A stretch of DNA of 64,000 bases from a virus (lineage: Duplodnaviria; Caudoviricetes): positions 30,769 to 94,768 of the IMG/VR virus record IMGVR_UViG_2684622674_000004, one strand, 5' to 3'. The notes under the pieces are model-generated. The model was not told the origin of the DNA. It searched no databases and saw nothing but the letters and a program-made list of their open reading frames with translations. A program made the translations under genes and the position numbers. This document shows, one piece after another, positions 27,446 through 36,950 of the stretch (positions are counted from its first letter, which is position 1; each line of letters starts with the position of its first letter).

Positions 27446-28232
27446 AAAAACTGAGTTAACTCTGGTCGCGGCCAAAGATTTGCAGGTTATTGAGTATCGC
27501 GGTCAGCGTGTGGCAACCACCGAGCAGCTTGCGGCTGGGTATGGTACTGATGTCGAGAATATTCGTCGTAACTTCAACCGCAACAAATCCCGCTTTATTG
27601 AGGGGAAGCATTATTTTCAGATCACTGGCACTGAGCTTGAAAATTTGCGCGGGTCTTTAAGTCCTGCACAAATTTCCAGCAAAACGCGCAGCCTTACTTT
27701 CTGGACTGAGCGCGGCGCTGCCAATCACGCGAAGATGTTAGAAACCGATCAGGCGTGGGAATACTACAACGACCTCACCGAGTTTTATTTTTCTCGACGT
27801 GATGCATTGCCAGCACCTGCAACTATTCCCGACCTCAGTCGCTTGGAAATCCTTCAACTGGCTATCGACTCCGAGCAAGGCCGTTTAGCTGAAAAGCAAC
27901 GCGCCGACAAAGCTATTCGTACCAAAGGACAGATTAGCCGTAAACGTGAAGCCAGCGCCCTCGGCAAACTAAGCGCAGCCACTCGCAAATGTCGTGTACT
28001 GGAAGAACGGCTGGGGGAAAGTACAAAGCATGCCACGGTGAAAGCTGTAGAAAATGTGACTCACCAGAAGTTTGAATGGCGTCCATTGCGCAAATGGTGT
28101 CTTGAAAATGGCTTTAAACCGGAGATGGTGCCTGATCCACAGTATGGCTCTGTAAAATCATGGCCTCGCGAAGCATGGCTGGCAGTACATAGCATCAATC
28201 TGTCCGATGTTATGGGGGTGACTCATGAATAA
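27438..28232 (+). CDS. ORF6N-domain DNA-binding (antirepressor-like) protein
   Basis: IEYRGQRV.TTEQLA.GYG, NF.RNK.RF.EGKHYF, WTERGAANHAKMLETDQAW. Confidence 0.88.
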   Translation: MSKKTELTLVAAKDLQVIEYRGQRVATTEQLAAGYGTDVENIRRNFNRNKSRFIEGKHYFQITGTELENLRGSLSPAQISSKTRSLTFWTERGAANHAKMLETDQAWEYYNDLTEFYFSRRDALPAPATIPDLSRLEILQLAIDSEQGRLAEKQRADKAIRTKGQISRKREASALGKLSAATRKCRVLEERLGESTKHATVKAVENVTHQKFEWRPLRKWCLENGFKPEMVPDPQYGSVKSWPREAWLAVHSINLSDVMGVTHE

Positions 28233-28422
28233 ATTAGCGCCCTGCGAAGTTTCCGATCTTCTCAGTCAAATTGCTTCAATTTTAAAAGTCAGTTCAATGC
28301 TGATTGCTAGTGAGGATGGTAACGACACGGGTTATGAACTTCTTTGGATCGCTCAGGAACGCGCTGAAAAAGCGGCGAAAAATATCGAGGGGGTGAATTA
28401 TGCGCGAACCGCTGCCAAATGA
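28225..28422 (+). CDS. Small hypothetical protein
   Basis: GGGGGTG RBS; coupled to its neighbours. Confidence 0.6.
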   Translation: MNKLAPCEVSDLLSQIASILKVSSMLIASEDGNDTGYELLWIAQERAEKAAKNIEGVNYARTAAK

Positions 28423-28570
28423 TCGTTACAAAGACAGTCATGGCTCATTGATCACTGTTGATAATGTTGCCTTTAATCGCGTTACTTTTAGCCGTGACGG
28501 ATATTCATCGCCCTGCATTATGCCACTGGCGCGGTTCGTTGCTGAATTTACCTTTATCGGGAGAGCATAA
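28400..28570 (+). CDS. DUF4222-like small protein (absent from the ORF track)
   Basis: MREPLPNDRYKDSHG..ITV.....RVTF.RDGY..PC..P..RF..EFT; GAGGGGG RBS. Confidence 0.7.
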   Translation: MREPLPNDRYKDSHGSLITVDNVAFNRVTFSRDGYSSPCIMPLARFVAEFTFIGRA

Positions 28571-28572
28571 CC

Positions 28573-28776
28573 ATGAAAGCCAGTGAATCAGTACCTCTGG
28601 ATATTGCCACGCATAAGGCTGGTCAATTAAATGCTCTCTTGCTGTTGATGTTTGAATCCAATGTTGAATTAGATACTACTGACGAAAAGGAATTACTAGG
28701 TCTAGCACTGGATCTCGCCGGGCCAGTTGCGGTTCATTTGCTTGAGCGGGAGGCCGGACAAAATGGAGCGCCTTGA
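28573..28776 (+). CDS. Small hypothetical protein
   Basis: GGAG RBS, 67 aa. Confidence 0.6.
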   Translation: MKASESVPLDIATHKAGQLNALLLLMFESNVELDTTDEKELLGLALDLAGPVAVHLLEREAGQNGAP

Positions 28777-28868
28777 TATAGCCAGTAGCTAAATGCCCTG
28801 TATTTAATTAGTTAGCATTCCAACATCTAAAAAATAACAGCCGTCAGGCTGGGGACTCGCTCGGCCTG

Positions 28869-29285
28869 ATGAAAGGAAAGGATATATTTATGACGAACCT
28901 GAATCATTCAATCGAATTAAATCGTAAACATATTGCAGTGGCATTTATCGCTTATTGTCAGAAACGAAATAGAGGCGAATCCATTGCCAATGTCATTATT
29001 AATTCTAGAAAGGTTGTTGTTCTGGAAAATTTAACTGAGGCAGCAATTTGTAATTGCCTAATACATTCTCTGGAAGTGCTTTGTTTTCAGGAATTCGGGC
29101 GTGATGACGGTTCTCGGATCCTTGTGGAAACCTACACTCAGATGCTGAGTAAAGATAACAGTAAATTGACACCGCACGGCGTCGAGACAATGACGGAAGT
29201 CATGAAGGCTACGGTCGTAGAGACTTTGGCTAATCCTCATGATAACCGGCATGGGCTGGTATTCAGTCAGGACGGTGCAGCATGA
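28869..29285 (+). CDS. Hypothetical protein preceding the primase
   Basis: ATGA-coupled to the primase; position typical of satellite replication modules. Confidence 0.65.
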   Translation: MKGKDIFMTNLNHSIELNRKHIAVAFIAYCQKRNRGESIANVIINSRKVVVLENLTEAAICNCLIHSLEVLCFQEFGRDDGSRILVETYTQMLSKDNSKLTPHGVETMTEVMKATVVETLANPHDNRHGLVFSQDGAA

Positions 29286-31951
29286 AACCTTCCATCGACA
29301 TGATCCGTGAAGTGACGGCTCAGGCCACCCACCACTGGCGCGATATTCTTGGTTATCTTGGTATTGATGTACCAGAACGACCTCGTGACCATTCTGCTTG
29401 TCCTGCATGCGGCGGCAAAGACAGATTCCGATTTGACGATCAGGACGGACGTGGGACTCATTTTTGCAATCAGTGTGGTGCCGGTGATGGGCTTGAGCTG
29501 GTACAAAAAGTTAAGCAATGTACCTCCACTGAGGCGGCGATTATGGTCGCTGATGCGCTGGGAATGGCTCTGAACTCACCCATGCCGGTATCCACTAAGC
29601 CTGTAAAACAACCCGCACAGCCAGACATACCAATAGCGAATAAGGTTGCGGAGCTGGTGGCGAAAACGGTATCAGGCGAATCTCACTACCTACTTAATAA
29701 GGGGCTTCCAAGCCCCTCCCAAGCCCTATTGAGTGACGGTTCTTTGTTACTGGTACTGCAAACGATGGAGGGCGTGATAACGGGTGCACAGGTGATTAAG
29801 TCTGATGGCACCAAACGTCTGATATCTGGAACCATCAAAAAAGGTTCATTCATTCCCGTCAGATTCCCGCCGATATCGAGTAATGAGCCGGTTGTAACGG
29901 TACTTATCGCAGAAGGTAACGCAACCGGCGTTACCGTTTCGTTATTGAGTGATGGGGTTGTACTGGCGGCCATTGATGAAGGGAACCTGATCCATATAGC
30001 GAAAGCATGTCGGGAACGTTGGCCTGATGCGAAAATTATCATTGCTGCTGATAACGACATTAAACCCGGTGAAAAGAATGTCGGGAAAGAATCTGCTGAG
30101 AAAGCGGCTACTGCTGTGAATGGTTGGGTTGCCTTACCACCAACAGATCATAAGGCCGATTGGGATGATTATCGCCAGCAGTATGGGCTGGACGCCAGCA
30201 TTACCGCGTTTGCTGATTCGCTATATCAGCCACATATATTGGCAGAAGAGGAGCCTCCGGTAACGGAGCCTCAGGATGTCAGACGTCCATATGTCGATGA
30301 GCGTAAAGGTGGCATGTATTGGGTTGAACCCAAACTGGATAAAAGTAACGGCAATATTACGGAAAGAGAAAGCTGGCTGAGTGACCCGATATCCGTTGCG
30401 GGGATAGGTGAAGATGATAACGAACGGTACCTGATCCTCTGTTGGACGCCGGAGGGTAGCAATACCGAACGTTCAGAAGCTTTACCCATGCGTGATATTG
30501 GCGAACGGGAAGGTTGGTCGCGGCTGCGGGCTGGTGGTTTGTCTATCACAGCTAAAAGTGGGTTACGGGCAATACTGGCTGATTATCTGCAACGTAGTGG
30601 AGAGCGGCAGCTTTGGACAGTTGCCAATGCTACTGGCTGGCAGTGTGGGGCATACATTATGCCGGATGGTTCGGTGATTGGGTCGCCTGCAACCCCTGTA
30701 CTCTTTAATGGCCGTTCATCGGCGGCAAAAGGCTACACCACTAAAGGTACGCCAGAGAGCTGGCGCAGTAACGTGGCAAAACTCGCTCGAGGCAACCCCT
30801 CCATGATGTTGGGTATTGCCTGTGCCTTTGCTGCTCCGCTCATTGGTCTGGCTGGTGCGGATGGTTTTGGTGTTCATTTATTCGGTGGCTCCTCCGCAGG
30901 TAAAACCACGACGGGTAACGCGGCTACCACTGTTTATGGTGAACCCGAAGCACTGAAGCTCACTTGGTACTCAACAGCATTAGGGCTGGTGAACGAAGCA
31001 GCAGCACATAACGATGGATTTATGCCTCTGGATGAAATAGGGCAAGGCAGCAATAAGAAGGCTGTTGCTGATGCTGCTTACGCTTTATTTAACGGTGTCG
31101 GCAAAATTCAAGGGGCCAAGGAGGGCGGTAATCGGGATGTGAAACGTTGGCGAGCAATGGCATTCAGTACCGGTGAAATCGACCTTGAGAGTTATATCCG
31201 AGCGGATGGAGGCAAAGTAAACGCGGGTCAACTGGTGCGGCTATTAAATGTACCGATTTCCAAGGCCACGGAATACCACGGCTACAAAGATGGTAAAGCC
31301 CATGCAGATGCTATGCGGGATGCCTGTAAAGACCACTTCGGTGCGGTAGGGCGAGCATGGATTAAGTGCTTAGCCAGCCAGAAAGAGGCAGCGGCGCAAG
31401 CTGTCAGGGATGCGGAACGTCGATGGATTGCGTTATTGCCCGATGAAGCCAGTGAACAGGTACGCCGTGTGGCGTCGCGGTTCGCCATATTGGAAGCCGC
31501 CTTGCTCCTTTCTAAGCACCTTACCGGCTGGATTGAGCAGGAGTGCCGTGACGCTTTACAGCATGGATTTAATGCATGGGTAAATGATTTTGGTATGGGG
31601 AACCGAGAGTCAAAAGCATGGGCGGAACAGGCTGAATCTTTCTTACAGCGCTTCGGTTATAGCCGTTATTTACCCCATCCTGAAACAGACCCTCGAGATC
31701 TACCAATCAAGGATTTGGCGGGATATCGGGAGAAAAAGCAGGGACTCGACACATTGGTATTCCATACCTTCCCGTCAGTGTTTCGCGACGAGATAGCCGT
31801 AGGAGCTAATGCAGTGGCTTTTGCTCAGGTTCTGGCAGATGCCGGTATGTTGGATAAACCGAGCAAGGGGATCACCAAGAAAACGCTCAGAATTGACGGT
31901 AAGCAACCCCGTTTTGTGGTGCTCATGATGCCTGATGACTTGGAGGAATAA
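29282..31951 (+). CDS. Primase-helicase (Zn ribbon + TOPRIM + DUF927 helicase), P4/PICI-like
   Basis: CPACGGKDRFRFDD..GRGT.FCNQCGAGDG; IAEG.ATG, AADND, DWDD; Walker A GGSSAGKTT. Confidence 0.93.
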   Translation: MKPSIDMIREVTAQATHHWRDILGYLGIDVPERPRDHSACPACGGKDRFRFDDQDGRGTHFCNQCGAGDGLELVQKVKQCTSTEAAIMVADALGMALNSPMPVSTKPVKQPAQPDIPIANKVAELVAKTVSGESHYLLNKGLPSPSQALLSDGSLLLVLQTMEGVITGAQVIKSDGTKRLISGTIKKGSFIPVRFPPISSNEPVVTVLIAEGNATGVTVSLLSDGVVLAAIDEGNLIHIAKACRERWPDAKIIIAADNDIKPGEKNVGKESAEKAATAVNGWVALPPTDHKADWDDYRQQYGLDASITAFADSLYQPHILAEEEPPVTEPQDVRRPYVDERKGGMYWVEPKLDKSNGNITERESWLSDPISVAGIGEDDNERYLILCWTPEGSNTERSEALPMRDIGEREGWSRLRAGGLSITAKSGLRAILADYLQRSGERQLWTVANATGWQCGAYIMPDGSVIGSPATPVLFNGRSSAAKGYTTKGTPESWRSNVAKLARGNPSMMLGIACAFAAPLIGLAGADGFGVHLFGGSSAGKTTTGNAATTVYGEPEALKLTWYSTALGLVNEAAAHNDGFMPLDEIGQGSNKKAVADAAYALFNGVGKIQGAKEGGNRDVKRWRAMAFSTGEIDLESYIRADGGKVNAGQLVRLLNVPISKATEYHGYKDGKAHADAMRDACKDHFGAVGRAWIKCLASQKEAAAQAVRDAERRWIALLPDEASEQVRRVASRFAILEAALLLSKHLTGWIEQECRDALQHGFNAWVNDFGMGNRESKAWAEQAESFLQRFGYSRYLPHPETDPRDLPIKDLAGYREKKQGLDTLVFHTFPSVFRDEIAVGANAVAFAQVLADAGMLDKPSKGITKKTLRIDGKQPRFVVLMMPDDLEE

Positions 31952-32050
31952 GCAGATCGCCTCCATTTGAACTGACCTGAATCGGATTAATCATTCTCTC
32001 TGGCGGGGTATGACACCGAGGCCCTGACAGAGAGTAAAAGAATACGGGGT

Positions 32051-33067
32051 ATGCACATCATGAGAATGACCAAAGAATTACGTGCTGAAGTCTTTCGGCT
32101 TAAACAGTCAGGCATTGGCTATAAACGGATAGCTGACATGACTAACTTGAATTTGAGTACGGTCAAAAGCGCCTGTAAGCGGTCAGGATTATTCGCTGAT
32201 AATCCCGAACATACAGCGATGTTTACGATACCAGAGAAGCAATACAGCACAGCACTTATTGTGCCAAAGCCGTTACCCGTGCAGCGGCGTATTACGGGAG
32301 ACAGGCAGACTGATGCCTATTTGTGGGTGTTGGAGGTTATTAATACCGGCGAACCGGGACATATTGCGGCGGCAGAGGAAGCCTTGCACAAGCTGACTAT
32401 CTCCCCCAAAGATGCTCGTGATAATTACACCCGTTATCTGGAGGCGAATGGTGCGGGATGGACTGCCAGTTTTTCCACAATGATGATGGGCGACCCGCAG
32501 CATTATATAGATAGGGCCAGAACCCAATTTACCCGTGCAGCAGAGGTCAGGGGGGCATTTGGCAGCTATGAAGCTGCATTGGAACCTACCAAAGCTGAAC
32601 AACTCATGGAGATGGCCTGTGGTGATATTTATGATAATGATTTTGGCTGGACACCTAAGGAAAAAAAGAAGGGATGTATTGAGGGTGAGCGAGTTACTGA
32701 GGTATGGGACCTGCGAGCGCAAGCGTCAAAGGGTTTCGCTGGGGTTTTACCAGAGCCTCATACACTGTCTGATGTTGTAAGAGAATTTCAGTATTGGCAA
32801 TGGTTATATACGGTGCGTAATGCTGCTTGCAAAGAAATGGACCCAGGTGGATATGGTTATGATTGTGACGGCCCTATATCAGACCGTGAAACCTATCTTG
32901 ATAAGAAACTTGAAATCATCCGCCCTCGCCATCAACGAGAAGCACTAGAAGTATTGAAGTGGTATTTGCAAAGTGAGCGACATCAGAGTTTTTCAGGCTC
33001 AGATAATGATGCGGTATATCTGAATTTGATAGGCGTGCATATAGGGGATGCGTTGATAGATAATTAA
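32051..33067 (+). CDS. HTH-containing phage protein of unknown function
   Basis: N-terminal G.GYKRIA......STVKS HTH; DAYLWVLEVI and PHTLSDVVRE motifs. Confidence 0.7.
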   Translation: MHIMRMTKELRAEVFRLKQSGIGYKRIADMTNLNLSTVKSACKRSGLFADNPEHTAMFTIPEKQYSTALIVPKPLPVQRRITGDRQTDAYLWVLEVINTGEPGHIAAAEEALHKLTISPKDARDNYTRYLEANGAGWTASFSTMMMGDPQHYIDRARTQFTRAAEVRGAFGSYEAALEPTKAEQLMEMACGDIYDNDFGWTPKEKKKGCIEGERVTEVWDLRAQASKGFAGVLPEPHTLSDVVREFQYWQWLYTVRNAACKEMDPGGYGYDCDGPISDRETYLDKKLEIIRPRHQREALEVLKWYLQSERHQSFSGSDNDAVYLNLIGVHIGDALIDN

Positions 33068-33253
33068 ATAATGATATCAACATCGCCTAACGTGCTGCTA
33101 TTGTGGCTGATATTGGTGTTATTATGTCTTTTCTCGTTACGACTTATGGTAATATATCTACATAGCTAATCAATATAAATAGTGAGTCGTATATTAAATA
33201 CGGCTCGCTTTTTTATTGGGTAACGTTCAGAGATTCAGAGGGGTATCCATAAT

Positions 33254-33655
33254 ATGCGTGATATTCAATTGGTATTAGAACGCTGGGGGGGTTGGGCAGC
33301 AAATGAAGATAGCGGCGTAGGTTACTCCCCCGTTGCAGCAGGATTTAAAGGTCTGTTACCCAGTACCACAAAATCACGATTGTCGTGCTGTGATAACGAT
33401 GGGTTATTGGTGGATGCTGCCGTAGGCCGACTGAAGAAAGCTGGGCGAGATGAAGATTATAACCTGATAGAACAGCACTACAAAAAAGGGATATCAAAAT
33501 CTGCAATTGCTCGGAAACAGAAATGTTCTGAGGGGAGGATTAGATTAAAACTCATGATGGCCGAGACGTTTGTTGATGCTTGCCTGCTGATGGCAGGGGC
33601 AAAGTTAGAAATGGATGAGTGGACTCATAAATCTGAAGTGGAAAAAATTGCATAA
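33254..33655 (+). CDS. Late antiterminator Q
   Basis: MRDIQLVLERWGGWA, YS..AAGFKGLLP, C.D.DGL; upstream of a pR'-like region and lysis genes. Confidence 0.92.
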   Translation: MRDIQLVLERWGGWAANEDSGVGYSPVAAGFKGLLPSTTKSRLSCCDNDGLLVDAAVGRLKKAGRDEDYNLIEQHYKKGISKSAIARKQKCSEGRIRLKLMMAETFVDACLLMAGAKLEMDEWTHKSEVEKIA

Positions 33656-33733
33656 AAAGCTATTCGTAACGAGTTTTGCCTATTATTGTGTTAAGAGTGG
33701 TTACTTTGTCACGTAGCTTACACAATCAAAAAG

Positions 33734-33754
33734 ACCTCGCTTCGGCGGGGTTTT
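33734..33754 (+). terminator. tR'-like terminator
   Basis: ACCTCGC-TTCG-GCGGGGT-TTT about 80 nt after Q. Confidence 0.8.
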
Positions 33755-33790
33755 GTCGTTTATGGAGGGCTGAAAAATGCTGTAGCTAAA

Positions 33791-34015
33791 CGGTTAGGCC
33801 GCAGCCGAAAGGCAATGCAGCAGTAATGATGCTGCCCTGAGTCGTCTAATGGCGAGCCTGTGTAGTGATGGGTCAAGGTTCTTAGATTAAAACCAGCTCC
33901 GGTACTCCAGAACGATCGCCAATCGTTTGCCGGTTAGAGGTGAGGGATTCATGAGATACCCCTGACTACGAACTCAAGGGCATGAGCGCGGCCACTGCGA
34001 GAAGTGGCGGTTTTT
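33791..34015 (+). ncRNA. Putative multi-stem structured ncRNA in the late leader
   Basis: GCC-GAAA-GGC, GCAGCA/TGCTGC, AACGAT/ATCGTT and GCCACT/AGTGGC hairpins; long-range pairs GGCCGC/GCGGCC and GCCCTGAGT/ACTCAAGGGC. Confidence 0.5.
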
Positions 34016-34103
34016 CTACATTCGACTGGGCATCACTGAATAACGGGTTCATATCCCAATCTATTCAGGACATTGTTGCAGCAATGGTTGGTGCTCAGCC
34101 GAA

Positions 34104-34209
34104 TGTGGTGAATGCGTAGACTGATGCGCGTAGTGCTGGACTACTGGCAAAGGGCCATAAACCAAGCTGACACCGACGCCAATGCCGGAGAGCAGACCCG
34201 GCCACCACA
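34104..34209 (+). ncRNA. Putative tRNA-shaped small RNA
   Basis: TGTGGTG/CACCACA closing stem; GCGTA/TGCGC and GCCGG/CCGGC arms; lacks the canonical TTC T-loop. Confidence 0.4.
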
Positions 34210-34342
34210 GAACAATTTTCAGGCCACCTATCAGGTGGCCTTTTCCGTTTTAGCCCATCAGTCATCCAATCAACTCCACACACATTACTGCTAATGAGTG
34301 GCTGCGCTGGTGGGCTAAATCCCCACATATAAGGAAACCATC

Positions 34343-34732
34343 ATGTCGGAACCGATCACCAGCACCGGAGCCGCCACTGCAACTGTAACTGGCGTTACTT
34401 TCATCGGGCTGTTATCGGGGCTGGATGCTGGTGTTGTGGTGGGCGCTTTTGCTGGTGCCGCTGTATTCGTGTTATCTGCCTCAGACTTTTCTCTCTTTAA
34501 AAAGCTGTTCTTGTTTGGCCTGTCTTGGGGCACTGGCGTGTTATCAGCCCCTTTCATTACCTCGTTTATTAACTTTCTGACACCGCGCGAAGTACAAGCC
34601 GCTGAATCGGTGGGGGCAATGGTTGCAGGTGCTGTTGTCATACGTCTCTTGATGTGGGCAAACAAAGAGTCAAAAAATCCCGGCGACATTATTGACCGCT
34701 TTAGAAGTGGTAGGGGAAAGCCAGATGAATAA
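34343..34732 (+). CDS. Putative holin
   Basis: MSEPIT..., GVVVGAFAGA.VFV; 3-4 TM segments. Confidence 0.8.
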   Translation: MSEPITSTGAATATVTGVTFIGLLSGLDAGVVVGAFAGAAVFVLSASDFSLFKKLFLFGLSWGTGVLSAPFITSFINFLTPREVQAAESVGAMVAGAVVIRLLMWANKESKNPGDIIDRFRSGRGKPDE

Positions 34733-35006
34733 TTATCTGCTGACACTTGATGCTATTGCCTGTGCGGTGATAGCCGTCCGATTATTTGCTTACCGCCGAC
34801 ATGGTGCCACTTATCGACCGATAGCCTCATTCTTTGCTTATGGCCTGATGGTTGCCAGTGCTTCAGTCACTATCAGGATCTTAACGGGCGATTACCACCA
34901 CGCCGACTGGTCCGAAACTCTTATCAATATCAGCATGGCTGTGGCAATTGTTGCCGCTGGTGGGAATGTCATGCACTTTGCTAAACCAGTGAGAATAAAA
35001 CCATGA
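34725..35006 (+). CDS. Second holin-family membrane protein
   Basis: NA/DA..C..IA.RL..YRR.GA.YRP, GNV motif; TM segments. Confidence 0.8.
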   Translation: MNNYLLTLDAIACAVIAVRLFAYRRHGATYRPIASFFAYGLMVASASVTIRILTGDYHHADWSETLINISMAVAIVAAGGNVMHFAKPVRIKP

Positions 35007-35629
35007 CCCCTTATCAATTCAGAATGGTGGCTAACATCAGCGCCGAGCTTGCTGCGCGTTGGATTCAGCCAATGACCTTGGCAATGAAAGAGTTTGATAT
35101 CACTACCCCAGTACAGCAGGCGATGTTTATTGCTCAAGTGGGCCATGAGTCGGCCAGCTTCACGCTGCTGGTGGAGTCGTTCAATTACAGCGTCAACGGT
35201 TTGATGGCGACGTTCGGCAAGCGGCTGTCTGCTGATCAGGCTTCGGCACTGGGCCGCCTGACAGGTGAAAAGTCAGTGCCTGTGAATCGGCAACGAGCTA
35301 TCGCCAATTTAGTCTATTCAGGCCGCATGGGTAATAAAGCTGTAGATGATGGGTGGAAGTATCGCGGTCGCGGCTTAATTCAGGTTACAGGGCTAGATAA
35401 CTACCGGGCATGTGGTACTGCGCTGAAACTGGACCTAATCAGCAATCCCGATCAGCTGCTGACGGATTTAAATGCTGTTCGTTCCGCTGGCTGGTTCTGG
35501 CAATCCCGCAAGTGTGGTCAATATGCTGATGATATTCAGCGTGTCACTCAGCTGATTAACGGCGGCAATAACGGTATCAATGACCGTAAGGCGCGGTTTG
35601 AACTGGCTAAACGGGAATTGCAGATATGA
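35003..35629 (+). CDS. Endolysin, glycoside hydrolase family 19
   Basis: FIAQVGHES, YRGRGLIQVTG..NY, SAGWFW, INGG.NG..DR. Confidence 0.93.
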   Translation: MTPYQFRMVANISAELAARWIQPMTLAMKEFDITTPVQQAMFIAQVGHESASFTLLVESFNYSVNGLMATFGKRLSADQASALGRLTGEKSVPVNRQRAIANLVYSGRMGNKAVDDGWKYRGRGLIQVTGLDNYRACGTALKLDLISNPDQLLTDLNAVRSAGWFWQSRKCGQYADDIQRVTQLINGGNNGINDRKARFELAKRELQI

Positions 35630-35958
35630 CTACTTGGCGCGCGGCGCTGGTGGCGTTAATGGCTACCGCGTTCCTTTTTCTGCTCCTGAATCGTAATCAC
35701 CTCGCAAACAGGGTGGATAAAACAGAGGCGGAGCTGGTGATCGAGCGAGCTACTAATGTTTCGCTGGGCAATATCATTGATGTCTATCAGGTGAATGATG
35801 CCGCTAACCGCACAGCCACCGCCCGCCAGTTAGATAACGAGAGGAATTTACGCAATGACAGTGACAAACGACTCAGGCGGTTCAAGGCGGCGGGTGATGG
35901 TGATTCGTGCATTGATAGCCGGATGCCTGATAGCAACATTAGCATCCTGCAAGAGTAG
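35626..35958 (+). CDS. Rz-like inner-membrane spanin
   Basis: N-terminal TM, coiled coil, C-terminal Cys; follows the endolysin. Confidence 0.8.
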   Translation: MTTWRAALVALMATAFLFLLLNRNHLANRVDKTEAELVIERATNVSLGNIIDVYQVNDAANRTATARQLDNERNLRNDSDKRLRRFKAAGDGDSCIDSRMPDSNISILQE

Positions 35959-36157
35959 CCCACCAGCCCCCAGAACAGCAGAATTAATCCAGTTGTGGCC
36001 CCCTGAATCAGCATTGACTGAATGCGAGGTGCCGGAGTTCGTCGGTACCACTTGGGGCGATAGTGGGCTGTATGCGCTGGCTCTGAAGCGTGAGCTGCGG
36101 ATTTGCAAGGGGCGGCTCGATGAGGTGATTAAGTGGCAAAGGGATAATGCTCGGTAA
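35897..36157 (+). CDS. Rz1-like outer-membrane lipoprotein spanin
   Basis: LASC lipobox, Pro-rich, C..P...G.TWGD...C; overlaps the Rz 3' end. Confidence 0.8.
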   Translation: MVIRALIAGCLIATLASCKSSPPAPRTAELIQLWPPESALTECEVPEFVGTTWGDSGLYALALKRELRICKGRLDEVIKWQRDNAR

Positions 36158-36230
36158 ATGTAGTTGATAACACTATATATTTACGGTGCATTGGGTAGAA
36201 TGTAACCATTAACGTATATAGGGGGATGAA

Positions 36231-36533
36231 ATGTCAGAAATGAATTATGAAGCCATTGGGCGATGTAAAATCCTCAATGAAAAGATCAAAACGCTCCACG
36301 CAGAACGAATGAAGGCCATTGGTGATCTTCGTGCCGCTGTCTATGCCCTTCATCAGAAGGGAAATATTAACCTTGTTCCGCCTGAGATTGTTGAGTTTTC
36401 CCCTCAGGTGCTTACCGATCTCGTTGAGAGTGTTGGTCGTTACGATGGTGAGCTAATGCGAGCGGTTCACGAATACAATAATTGGAGTGTAGAAGCTGGC
36501 GAAAAGTCAGTGAAGCTAATCAAGCTGGACTGA
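36231..36533 (+). CDS. Hypothetical moron protein with its own promoter and terminator
   Basis: TAGAAT about 35 nt upstream, GGGGG RBS, terminator at 36558-36582. Confidence 0.7.
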   Translation: MSEMNYEAIGRCKILNEKIKTLHAERMKAIGDLRAAVYALHQKGNINLVPPEIVEFSPQVLTDLVESVGRYDGELMRAVHEYNNWSVEAGEKSVKLIKLD

Positions 36534-36599
36534 GCATTTCAATAAAGCTAAATCAAGAGCCTCGGCATAGTCCGGGGCTTTTCTATTTGAGGTATAGCT

Positions 36600-36950
36600 A
36601 TGCCACCCAGAATACCGCGCGCCTGTCGTAAGCATGGGTGCCGCAACACTACGACTCACAGTTCTGGTTATTGTCCTGAACATCAGAATACCGGATGGGA
36701 GAACCACCAGCAGGGTAAGACTAGGCATGAGCGTGGTTATGGTGCCAATTGGGATAAGCTGAAGCCGCTGATAAAAGCCAGAGACAAAGGGCTGTGCCAA
36801 CAGTGTCTGCGTGAAGGTCTGGTTGTATCGGGTACAACGGTCGATCACATCAAGGCTAAGGCTCATGGCGGAACTGATGACCCGTCGAACCTTGAGTTGC
36901 TGTGCTGGCCTCACCATCGGAAGAAGACTGCGACCGAACGAATCAAGTGA
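36600..36950 (+). CDS. HNH endonuclease (terminase-associated, HK97 gp74-like)
   Basis: RGYG..W, RD..LCQ.C, VDHI......GG.D...NL..LC..HH..KT. Confidence 0.92.
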   Translation: MPPRIPRACRKHGCRNTTTHSSGYCPEHQNTGWENHQQGKTRHERGYGANWDKLKPLIKARDKGLCQQCLREGLVVSGTTVDHIKAKAHGGTDDPSNLELLCWPHHRKKTATERIK

